In this document: in pieces, positions 9,455-18,256 of the stretch
Layout of the letters: each line of letters starts with the position of its first letter
How positions within the stretch are numbered: position 1 is the stretch's first letter
From: Phycisphaerae bacterium
GTDB taxonomy: Bacteria > Planctomycetota > Phycisphaerae > UBA1845 > Fen-1342
Assembly (NCBI GenBank): GCA_050115495.1
Contig: JASFQK010000011.1
Span: forward strand, 32,001-96,000
Direction of reading: 5' to 3'
Length of the DNA stretch: 64,000 bases
Position numbers and translations under genes: made by a program
The notes under the pieces: model-generated
Databases searched by the model: none
The model's input: the letters and a program-made list of their open reading frames with translations, nothing else
What the model was told of the DNA's origin: nothing

Positions 9455-9745
9455 CGCGCCGGCGGTATTATATTAGGTAAATGTTAGCATGGCAACCCCC
9501 GGCGGTCGATCGGCGGGACGGGGAAACAAGTGGGCCGGTGACGTTTGTTTCCGTCACCGGCCCGGGTGCAGTACTTCGACCCACGGTTGGGGAGGAAACC
9601 CGCTCGCGAGTGGTCCGGGCGTGTCCGGACCAGCTCGCTCGCGAGGAGGCTGTTGAACAAGGGGTACTGGCACCTCGCGTCGCGCGCTTCGAGCGGCCAT
9701 ACGGACCGCTCGGCTCGGAGCCAGTCCCCTTGTTCCAACTGCTGG

Positions 9746-10966
9746 TTACGGTTCGTTTCGGTCGTTGCGCTCGCCACGCGGGCGCTGGCCGCGACCCGTG
9801 CGTTCGCCGCGGCCCGGCCGCTGTCCATTCTGGCGGCCCGTCGAGCGGGGCTGTTCGCTGGCCAGGGCCTTTTCGAACTCCTTCGCCTGGTCAGCGTCGA
9901 GCAGCTTGACGATTTCCTGCTTGGTCTTGCTGGCCAGCTCTTCCTGGGCCGCGGTGTCCCGACGGTTGAGCTCACGGCTGGTTCGCATCGCCTCTTCGAT
10001 GATCTTCTGCACGTCGGTCCGCTGCTGGCGGTCGAGCTTCAGCCGGCGGATGGCCCGCATGATCGACCGCAGGTCCGGTGCCTGCTCCCTGGTCTGGGCC
10101 TGTCCCTGTCCCGGCCGGAAGCCTTCGCGGATCTCGGCGAGCTTGGCCTGCTGCTCCTCGGTGAGGATCTCGGCTAACTGGTCGAAGAACCCGGCCATCG
10201 GGTTGCCCATGCCGCCGCGGGATTCGCGCATCTGCCGGCGCAGCTCCTCGACGCGGGCTTCATCGCCGGCTTCCTGGGCCGCGCGCATCTCCTCCCACAT
10301 CGCCCGCATTTCCTCGCCGCGCTGTCCACGGCGCTCGCGGGCGTTGGCCCGCCACTCGTCGAGTAACTCGTCGTACTGGGCCTGCTGCTCCTCGGTCAGG
10401 CCGAGCTGCTCGGGCAGGGATTCCATCATTCGGCGGGGGTCGGCCTGGTTCTCGCGGCCACCGGGACGCATCCGGGCCATGCGCTCTCGCATCGTGGCCA
10501 GTCTGCCCTGCTGTTCGTCATCGAGGATCGTCTGAACCTCGTTGAAGAAGCTGTCCATCATCTCGCGCATGGGCTCGCCACGGCGCTGCCGCATCTGCTC
10601 GCGAAGCTGGTCCATCCTCTCGCGGTCGCCCGACTCGCGGGCTTCACGCATCTGCTCCCAGAGCTCGCGGTCCTCTTCGGACGGGCCGCTCATTTGCTGG
10701 AGGCGCTCCCGGAAGCCAGCCACGATTTCGTCGAGTTCGGCCTGCTGCTCCTCGTCGAGTTCGAGCTCGCGGGTCAGCCAGCCGGCCATGCGTTCCATGG
10801 GTCGGCCGCCGAAGCGGCCCATGCCGCGCTGTCCCCCTCGGGGACGGAAGCCCGGCGGCCTCCCGGCTGCGTTGTCCGGCGGCCCGGCAGGGGCGTCTCC
10901 AACCTGAGCCAACGCCGGCACAACCATCAGCGCCGCGGCGAGCATCGCGATCCAACGCAATTTCAT
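9746..10966 (-). CDS. Secreted protein with repeated Spy/CpxP-like LTxxQ modules
   Basis: MKLRWIAMLAAA signal peptide after an AAGGAG RBS; L(T/D)EEQQ motifs recur; Met/Arg/Glu-rich. Confidence 0.75.
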   Translation of the reverse strand: MKLRWIAMLAAALMVVPALAQVGDAPAGPPDNAAGRPPGFRPRGGQRGMGRFGGRPMERMAGWLTRELELDEEQQAELDEIVAGFRERLQQMSGPSEEDRELWEQMREARESGDRERMDQLREQMRQRRGEPMREMMDSFFNEVQTILDDEQQGRLATMRERMARMRPGGRENQADPRRMMESLPEQLGLTEEQQAQYDELLDEWRANARERRGQRGEEMRAMWEEMRAAQEAGDEARVEELRRQMRESRGGMGNPMAGFFDQLAEILTEEQQAKLAEIREGFRPGQGQAQTREQAPDLRSIMRAIRRLKLDRQQRTDVQKIIEEAMRTSRELNRRDTAAQEELASKTKQEIVKLLDADQAKEFEKALASEQPRSTGRQNGQRPGRGERTGRGQRPRGERNDRNEP

Positions 10967-11175
10967 GGGTGGTCTCCTTCGTGTTCGTACGTTTGGGCGA
11001 CTCCGGCCGCAGGCGGCGGGTCGCACCCAGTCTATCGGTACGGGCCGGGCAATTCCTGCGCCCGGGTCGCCCCCCCGCGTGGGGGGCGTTACTCCAGGCA
11101 GAACGTCGGGCTCGGCCAACCCTTGCCGGCGGGGCGGAGAATTCCGGGGGCCGCTGGCGGCCCCGCCCGAGCCCG

Positions 11176-11204
11176 TTGACGACAGGCGTGGGCGCTTGTA
11201 CGAT
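11176..11204 (+). promoter_or_regulatory. Sigma70-type promoter for infA
   Basis: TTGACG-N17-TACGAT. Confidence 0.6.
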
Positions 11205-11359
11205 CTCCCTTTCGTCCGGGGCGTGACACGCGAACGCCGTTCGAGGTGCGCTGTGCTGCGGGCCCGAGGCGCCGGTTGCCGCCGGCCGCGGATCCCCATT
11301 TCAGGGCATTCGGTGGATGTCACGATAGCGTTCGGCAGACGCTTGCAGAAGGAGTGTGC

Positions 11360-11587
11360 TTGGCCAGTCAGGATGCCATTCAGATGGAGGCGGTCGTCGT
11401 CAAGGCGCTGCCCAACGCCATGTTCCTCGTCGAAGCCGAGGTCGGCGCTGCCAAGCATGAAGTCCTCGCCCACGTTTCCGGACGTATGCGCAAGAATTTC
11501 ATTCGCATCCTTCCCGGCGACCGCGTCACGGTCGAGCTGTCCCCGTACGACCTGAAGCGCGGCCGGATCGTCTACCGGCAGAAGTAG
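11360..11587 (+). CDS. infA: Translation initiation factor IF-1
   Basis: [49 protein letters not shown] start after AAGGAG. Confidence 0.97.
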   Translation: MASQDAIQMEAVVVKALPNAMFLVEAEVGAAKHEVLAHVSGRMRKNFIRILPGDRVTVELSPYDLKRGRIVYRQK

Positions 11588-11665
11588 CCGCTTGGCAGGG
11601 GGGCTGGTCCGTAACCGCTCCCGGTTGCATTCTCCCATCATTGGGATTTCCCCCTGGTCTGCACG

Positions 11666-12046
11666 TCAGCCCGGCTGATTATCCCCTGATTCCTCGCCGA
11701 ACGCCGCCAGCGCCTCCGGTACCCCCTCGTAGAAAGCGAACATGGTGTCCAGCTTGGTGACCTGGAACACCCGCTGCAATTCCGGCCGGAGGCCAGCGAA
11801 GGCCACCTGCGTCCCGCTTTTGTCCGCCTTCCGCCGTAGCGTCAGCAGCACCCCCAGGGCCTGCGACGACAGGAAGCGGACGTTCGTGAAGTCGATCAGC
11901 AGGCGAGGCGTCTCGCCGGCGTCGACCAGCTCGTAGAGCTGCCGGCTGAGATTCTGGATCGACACCGTGTCCAGGATCGAGTTCTGCTGGAAGCTGACCA
12001 CGCCGGTACTGCCGCGACGTTCAACACTCATACCTGTGCTACCCAT
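11666..12046 (-). CDS. STAS-domain anti-sigma factor antagonist
   Basis: LLIDFTNVRFLSSQALGVL and VFQVTKLD; start could be 12031 or 12046. Confidence 0.88.
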   Translation of the reverse strand: MGSTGMSVERRGSTGVVSFQQNSILDTVSIQNLSRQLYELVDAGETPRLLIDFTNVRFLSSQALGVLLTLRRKADKSGTQVAFAGLRPELQRVFQVTKLDTMFAFYEGVPEALAAFGEESGDNQPG

Positions 12047-12381
12047 CCATGGCACTCCAAGGTCCCGGCCGGTGCCGGACTCAGGAGTATACCCGCTGTC
12101 AGTGGCTGGGGCAGGCCCCGCCCGATAAGCCGGCAGCCGGGGTCCATCTTTTTTGTGCCGCGCTTGACCCGCGCGATCGGCGGGGCATAGAACCAGTGGC
12201 ATGCGGGTGTGCACGCGCCCGCGGGTCGAAGGCAATGTTCACCTCGGAGTCTGTGCGCGCGACCGCCTCACGATATCGGTGCGCGCGCTCGATAAGACCG
12301 TGATGGTGACTGTGCCCACGATGGGCTTGTTCGGGCGTTGATAGATCCTGGGTTTGCACCAATTGGAGTGGAGAGACCCTG

Positions 12382-13128
12382 ATGAAAACACTTCTCGCGA
12401 TGGGGGCGATCGTTCTGACGGCGACAGCCGTGTCTGCTGCCCCCCTGATTCCGGCCGTCGCCGGCCACGATTTTACTCTGGACGCGTTCAATACGAGCGG
12501 GACCGTTGAGTATCTCACCAACGGCACCCAGCCGGACACGCTCACCTTCGAGCGTAACGCCGACGACCACGAGGTCGGCGCCTTCTGGCCCAACTGGCCC
12601 TTGCCACCCATGGTGCCGGTTTGGGATCTGTCTGATCCGGCGAACTTCGGCGGCGATTTCGTCATGAACGTGCAGTTCACCGGCCAGGATGCGCCGTACG
12701 GCGACCTGACCGTCAGCCTGACGGGCACCGGTGCGAACGACGGGGCGGACGTCGAGATCTACGGCTCGGTCGTGATCGGCGGCGACACGATTTCCGGGTT
12801 GCTGTGGGCCATCGACCTGGACGCGGTCTCGTTGTACGGCTACGCGGACGACAGCACGTACATTCTCGAAGGCGTCGGGACGGTCGTGGACTGCGAATTG
12901 GCTACGTACTACCCGGAGCTGCTCGGCGGGATGGGCGCCGTCCGCGGTCACCTGGACTTCTTTGGCGCGCCCGATGGCTGGATGCCGCCGCTGTACGACC
13001 CGCTGGGCGACGAGTACCCGGACGCGATGGTGCGTGCCGCCTACTCCGCCGAGACTGGCCTGATTCCGGAGCCGGGTGCGCTGTTCCTGCTGCTGGCGGG
13101 AGCGGTGGCCCTGCTGCGACGAAACTGA
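12382..13128 (+). CDS. PEP-CTERM sorting-domain secreted protein
   Basis: Signal peptide; C-terminal IPEPGALFLLLAGAVALLRRN. Confidence 0.9.
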   Translation: MKTLLAMGAIVLTATAVSAAPLIPAVAGHDFTLDAFNTSGTVEYLTNGTQPDTLTFERNADDHEVGAFWPNWPLPPMVPVWDLSDPANFGGDFVMNVQFTGQDAPYGDLTVSLTGTGANDGADVEIYGSVVIGGDTISGLLWAIDLDAVSLYGYADDSTYILEGVGTVVDCELATYYPELLGGMGAVRGHLDFFGAPDGWMPPLYDPLGDEYPDAMVRAAYSAETGLIPEPGALFLLLAGAVALLRRN

Positions 13129-13154
13129 TTCTGCTCCATTGGGTGAGCGGTGAG

Positions 13155-13190
13155 GAGAAGCCCGCGCATCTTCGCGCGGGCTTTCTTTTT
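13155..13190 (+). terminator. Rho-independent terminator
   Basis: AAGCCCGCGC-loop-GCGCGGGCTT followed by a T tract. Confidence 0.8.
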
Positions 13191-13202
13191 GCGCCGAGGC
13201 GG

Positions 13203-13996
13203 CTACGGATCCTCGTCTTCCAGAGCGCACCAGCGGGACGGGAAGATGTAGCGGGCGGTCCAGTCTTCGCCCCACTCCAGGCGGGTGAACTTCGCGTGAC
13301 CGTCGAGGAAGGCGAGGCTCAGGCTCGTCCCGTCGGCGTCGTGCCAGATGGCGGAGTACATGTGATTGCCGCTCGTGGTCCACATCATCTGCTGATCGCC
13401 GGCCAGCACGAACAGCGACGGCGAGACCTCGACGGAGACGACACGCAAGGGGCGGGGGGGTAGTAGTGGCGGCACGTCGTCTCGTCGATCTCGCCACGCG
13501 GGATGGTCTGGTTCAGCGGATAGCTGTTGCCCATGTAGTCGTAGGTCGAATGCCCGATGGACCCGGTGTCGGGCAGGTTCAGGGCACCGATGTCGGCGGG
13601 GCAGTGGAAGACCTCGGCGGTGCTGTTGCCGTAGGGGTCGAGTCCCACGTAGCGATTGACCGGGCGCGGGTTGAGCGGCGTTGGCCCGCCGACCGCGTAG
13701 ATTTCGACCTTGCCACCGTAGAACCACCTGATGTTCTGCGTGTGCGTGGGGAAGACCCACTCGGCCTCTTCTTCGAGGTACAGGGTCCACCCGATCGCGA
13801 TCTGACGGAGGTTGGAGGTGCAGCGCACGCGCTTGGCCCGCTGGCGAGCCGCGCCGAGGGCGGGCAGCAGTATGGCGAGCAGCACGCCGATGATGGCCAC
13901 GACGACCAGCAGCTCGATGAGCGTGAACCCGTCGCGGCGGCTGGGGCAGGGGGGCGCCGCCGGCGAGACTGCTTGTGTGGGGCTGTGGCTGGGCAT
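13203..13996 (-). pseudogene. DUF1559 / prepilin N-methylation / H-X9-DG protein split by a frameshift at a C7 run (13454-13460)
   Basis: N-terminal frame has [32 protein letters not shown] and FHCPAD; the WH..LAFLDGHAKF C-terminus is in another frame; frames join at the homopolymer. Confidence 0.8.
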
Positions 13997-14117
13997 CGTC
14001 ACCACCGTTGTGTGAGGGTTTGACCGGCCATCCCTGGCGGTCAACCCATCGGGGGACGCGGGCTCAGTTCAATTCTACCTGCTGTCGGCGGCGCGCGGAA
14101 CAGGAAACGCAGTGCGG

Positions 14118-14654
14118 TTACAGCGCGTAGTGGTCGGTGCTGAAGACCTGCGCGTGCGGTTTGCGGCGCCGGGGGTGCAGTGGGAACAGCAGATCGTCCG
14201 TCGCCGGATAGCCCAGCGGCATGAGGGCGATCAGGGCGAGGTTCTCTGGGATCCCGAGCAGCTTCTTGACCAGCTTTTCCTGGAAGGCGCCGATCCAGCA
14301 GGTGCCCAGCCCCTCGGCGACGGCGGCGAGCGTCAGGTGGTCCAGCGCGATGGCCACGTCGACCTCGACGCTGTTGCGGTGACCGGCCATTTGCCTGGCC
14401 GCGTGCTCGGTCAGGCCGCAGGCGGCGACGATCACCGGTGCATCGGCGAGCCACATCTGGTCGTTGGCCAGCTCGGCTACCTGGCGCCGCAGATCGGCGT
14501 CGGTCACGAGGATGAAGTGCCAGGGCTGGTTGTTGCAGGCGGACGGCGCCGCCCACAACGCCGTGCGCATGCGTTCGAGCACGTCGGCGGGAATTGGCCG
14601 CCGATCGTAAGCCCGCACACTCCGCCGCATCTGGATCGCTTCCATAACGTTCAT
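14118..14654 (-). CDS. Nitroreductase family protein
   Basis: RRSVRAY, APSACNNQPWHF and GLGTCWIG. Confidence 0.93.
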   Translation of the reverse strand: MNVMEAIQMRRSVRAYDRRPIPADVLERMRTALWAAPSACNNQPWHFILVTDADLRRQVAELANDQMWLADAPVIVAACGLTEHAARQMAGHRNSVEVDVAIALDHLTLAAVAEGLGTCWIGAFQEKLVKKLLGIPENLALIALMPLGYPATDDLLFPLHPRRRKPHAQVFSTDHYAL

Positions 14655-14832
14655 TGTGCGTCTCCGCGGGTCGCCTGTTTCGCTGTCGGGGAGTATACGC
14701 CGCCGGCGATGAGTATGAACAGCCGACAGTCGGCCTCGGTGTGTAGGGATATAATTCGTTGTCGGGCATATCGCTGAGCGGTCGGGCGTACAGGGGCGCC
14801 GCGCTCGTAGAACCAAGCCGGGAGGAATTGCC

Positions 14833-16494
14833 ATGTTGCACCATCGTTGTTGTGTTCTCGCCGTCACGATTGCGGGCGTGCTGCTGGCCGGCGTGGCATG
14901 TGGCCAGGAGTTCATCTCGAACGGCAACTTCGACAAGGACGCCGCCGGCTGGGACAACCAGCCGCGCGATCAGGCCGGCGTCGTCTCGGAGTGGCTGGCG
15001 ACCGGCGGCCGTGACGGCAGTGGCGGCATCCACATCACCAGCAGCAGAAGCGGCCGAGGAGCCATTTGGGTCTGGCAGTACACCATCTACCCACTGCCTG
15101 CGGGGAAATCGCTGCGTGTCGCCGGCTGGGTGAAGGGCAGGAACGTCCAGGATCTCGCCGGGATCTGCGTGGAAGGCTGGAACGCGACCCGGTCGCGAAT
15201 GCCCGATTTCGCCACGACGCAGACGAGCCGGCCGCTCGCTGGGGATTTCGACTGGACGGAAATCGAGACCCGCCTGACGCCCACCGCCGGGACGGCACAG
15301 GTTCATGTCCTGATCTTCCTCAGCGGGACGGGCGAAGTGTGGTTCGACGACGTTTCGGTGACGGGCGAGGACGACCCGCAGGCGGCTCCGGCGACCACCC
15401 AGCCACTGCCCGGGCTGTACGACGTGCGCAGCAAGTACATGGTGTCGGCGAGCCGCAAGGCGCCGAAGACGACTTTCCTGGTTCCCTTGCCGCTGGACTA
15501 CCGGGAGCAGGTCCCGCTGACGTACGAACTGTGGACCAAGCCGGCGGAGAAGCTCGCCGCCGCCCGCATCTACCAGGATCAGCCGGGCAACTACGTGGCC
15601 GAGGTCGTGTTGAAGCCGATGGCACTGCTCGAGCGAATCGAGCTCGGGTGGCGCTCGATCGTGCTGTGCGGCCCGCGGTCGTTCGAGGATGTACCGGCCA
15701 AGGCGCCGATTCCCGCGGAGTGGCCTGAAGCGGTTCGACCCTGGCTCCGCGGCTCGCTGTGCGTGCAGAGTGACGACGAGCGGATTCGGGAAGTGGCCAG
15801 GGACATTCGCGGGGACAGGACCGACGTGCTGGAGATCGTCAGCAGAACGCTCGATCGCGCCAGGCAAATCTACGACGCTCAGGAGGGGCGCAGCCTCAAC
15901 CTGGACGCAGTGCAGGCGCTCGACAAACGGGGCTCGTGCACGAGCTGCGCCAACCTGGTGGCGGCTTTGTTCCGCGCCAACAACATTCCGGCACGGGTGC
16001 TCGCGGGATACGGTACATGGGCCGGACCGCATCAGACGCACTACATCGTCGAAGTGTACGTGCCGGAGTACGGCTGGTACCCGATCGAGTCGACGAAGCT
16101 GCACGCTCCCTGGCAGCCGTATCAGCAGGTGCAGGTGTCGATCGTGCGGCCGGAGTACGAGGATCGTTCGGCGTTCCGGGCCATCATTGCCGCCGGCGTG
16201 CCGTACCTGTCTCTGACCGAGATGCCGGATTACGACGGCTCGGTCGGCCCGTTGGGTATTGTGAGTGGAAAGCGGTGGGGCTGTGACCACGTGGCCGAGC
16301 GCTGGCAGGCGTTCCCGGCGAAGACGACGACCGGTGATTGGGAGAGCCTGATCAAGGCGGGGCGCGATCGCTGGCAGGCCTGGCTGGCGTCGCCGCCGAC
16401 GTTGGACGAGAAGCGCCGGCTGGCCACGCCGCTGACCGCGACGGCGGTAGAGACGAACGACCCGGCGGCGCTGCTGCGCACGCTGCGCGAGTAG
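14833..16494 (+). CDS. Secreted protein: galactose-binding-like (CBM) domain plus transglutaminase-like domain
   Basis: N-terminal NGNFD..GW..G.VWFDDVSV; GSCTSCANL..LFRANNIPARV, HYIVEVY and GWYPIE. Confidence 0.8.
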   Translation: MLHHRCCVLAVTIAGVLLAGVACGQEFISNGNFDKDAAGWDNQPRDQAGVVSEWLATGGRDGSGGIHITSSRSGRGAIWVWQYTIYPLPAGKSLRVAGWVKGRNVQDLAGICVEGWNATRSRMPDFATTQTSRPLAGDFDWTEIETRLTPTAGTAQVHVLIFLSGTGEVWFDDVSVTGEDDPQAAPATTQPLPGLYDVRSKYMVSASRKAPKTTFLVPLPLDYREQVPLTYELWTKPAEKLAAARIYQDQPGNYVAEVVLKPMALLERIELGWRSIVLCGPRSFEDVPAKAPIPAEWPEAVRPWLRGSLCVQSDDERIREVARDIRGDRTDVLEIVSRTLDRARQIYDAQEGRSLNLDAVQALDKRGSCTSCANLVAALFRANNIPARVLAGYGTWAGPHQTHYIVEVYVPEYGWYPIESTKLHAPWQPYQQVQVSIVRPEYEDRSAFRAIIAAGVPYLSLTEMPDYDGSVGPLGIVSGKRWGCDHVAERWQAFPAKTTTGDWESLIKAGRDRWQAWLASPPTLDEKRRLATPLTATAVETNDPAALLRTLRE

Positions 16495-16591
16495 GGCGAC
16501 GTTTCGGTTACCGACTGCGATTCAGCGAGGGTTCCTGGAGTGCGGGGGGCCGCGTTTTGCCGAGAAACGGCCAGCGGGGAGCGTGCGTCGT

Positions 16592-16781
16592 GTGTGCCAC
16601 TGCTCTTGAGCAGTGCTCTTCGTTCGCCGGAAGATCTCGCGAATTTCGGCGACCGCCGGCCGCGGTTCGGGGCAAGTTTCCAGGGATAGTGGAGGATGTG
16701 CCTTTGCGCCTCGATGATCCGTTCGGCTGATCGGGCGTTGGCTGTGCTGTCGAAACGCACTGATCGAGAGCAGTGGTACAC
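16592..16781. repeat. REPIN-like inverted pair of 25-bp palindromic units
   Basis: GTGTGCCACTGCTCTTGAGCAGTGC (16592-16616) matches the reverse complement of 16757-16781 at 22/25 positions. Confidence 0.65.
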
Positions 16782-17033
16782 TCGTGCTTTCTCGGTTGAT
16801 CATGGGTCGGTAGCGCGGTCGGCCCGCACCGCTCGTCAAGAGCGGCGGCACGCTCGCGGTCGTTGGCCTGAGCGGCCCGCTCGGCTGATTGAGTGTCGGT
16901 CGCGGTGAGGGTGCGGGACATTGACGGGGGGGGGTACACTTCCATTGACGCGCGGGTGCGCGTCGCCGGGGAGAGGTTGTCATCGTTATCGTGTGCTGGT
17001 CTCCGGCCGTGCCGAAGGCAGAGGAGGCTTCAC

Positions 17034-18146
17034 ATGCGCGCGATCATTGCAACCCTGTGGCTGGCGGTCGGCGTGGGGGTTTGTGGCGATATCCAGTATT
17101 TCGACGGCGGCCCGTGCGAGTACGCCGACACGCCGGGCGTGGCCACCGTTGTCTCGGTGTCGCCGGCCGATCCGGGCGATCCCAACTGCTGGAACGATCC
17201 GGTCGAGGTCGTCTTCGACTACGTGCCGGACGACCCGGAACTCGCCCACCTGGCGGTGTCGGGCATCCGGCTGACCATCAGCGAGGGCGTGAACCCGCCG
17301 GCGACCTGGGTCGAGGATGAGGGGCTCACCGCCGGCTCGCCACACCCGTGCCTCCGCCGGGACATCACGTCGGGAGCGTGCACGCCGCTGCTGTTCGAGC
17401 TGCTGGACGTGGACTACGAGGCGGGCATCGACCAGTGCTACGACGGGGCGTTCACCATGACCGTCGTGCCGGAGCAGGTCTACGACGCGGTCTACGGACA
17501 GCGGATCGTCGTGCTCGTCTCGGTTGAGGACAACGGCCAGACGCCCGTGCCCGAACCGGTGCACATCACCGTCAGCAGCAGCCAGGCGGACATCACGGTT
17601 GTGCCCGCGTACATTCTGCCCGGGCAGGTCTGCGAGGCAACCGCCATTCCGCGGCCGCGCCTGGCGTTCGGTGCGGGGTCGAAGCCGCTGCACAGCGCCG
17701 GCCAGCGCGGCTACCCGGAAGGCGACGACGTCGTGATCACCGTCTGTGGTGAGCGCAACGGCGCCGAGCAATCAGCCGAGCTGCACGTCAACGTTCTGTA
17801 CGGCGGAGATGGCTGGCTTGAATACGCGACGATGGTACGCGAACGCTTCATTCCCTACCTCGCGGAGCAGCACCCAGAGCTCGGCATCACGCCGCAGACG
17901 GTGTGGACCGGCACCATCGTCAAGCCGCACATCCTCGTCGTGACACACTACCTCTTCTTCTCGGCGGAGTGGGAGATGGGCATCATGTGGCACAACACGA
18001 TCCCGCCGTACGACTGGTCCCGCATCTACCTGCGGCATCGCTACACGGACATGACGCCGACGTACGCCTTCGAGATCAGTTCGTTCAGCGCGCAGCCGCC
18101 GGAACAGCCGCATCCGATCGACCCGCCGGCGGAGGTCGATCGGTAG
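17034..18146 (+). CDS. Secreted hypothetical protein (Cys-containing N-domain, Ig-like middle region)
   Basis: GAGGAGG RBS, signal peptide, GC3-biased codons; no family recognised. Confidence 0.7.
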   Translation: MRAIIATLWLAVGVGVCGDIQYFDGGPCEYADTPGVATVVSVSPADPGDPNCWNDPVEVVFDYVPDDPELAHLAVSGIRLTISEGVNPPATWVEDEGLTAGSPHPCLRRDITSGACTPLLFELLDVDYEAGIDQCYDGAFTMTVVPEQVYDAVYGQRIVVLVSVEDNGQTPVPEPVHITVSSSQADITVVPAYILPGQVCEATAIPRPRLAFGAGSKPLHSAGQRGYPEGDDVVITVCGERNGAEQSAELHVNVLYGGDGWLEYATMVRERFIPYLAEQHPELGITPQTVWTGTIVKPHILVVTHYLFFSAEWEMGIMWHNTIPPYDWSRIYLRHRYTDMTPTYAFEISSFSAQPPEQPHPIDPPAEVDR

Positions 18147-18256
18147 AGTACCGGTCGACCGTGTGCGTGGTTTTCCCTTGCTTCTGGCGTGTTCGCGTCG
18201 GTATAAAAAGCGTAGCGGCACGTAACCGTCAGAAGGGGGGTGGGAAGGAGAGAACC

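Noticed and set aside
10967..11641. N-terminal extension of the 631-aa ORF
   Set aside because: Overlaps infA on the other strand; the real start with RBS and signal peptide is at 10966
12060..12381. Riboswitch upstream of the PEP-CTERM gene
   Set aside because: No recognisable c-di-GMP, cobalamin, TPP or SAM consensus
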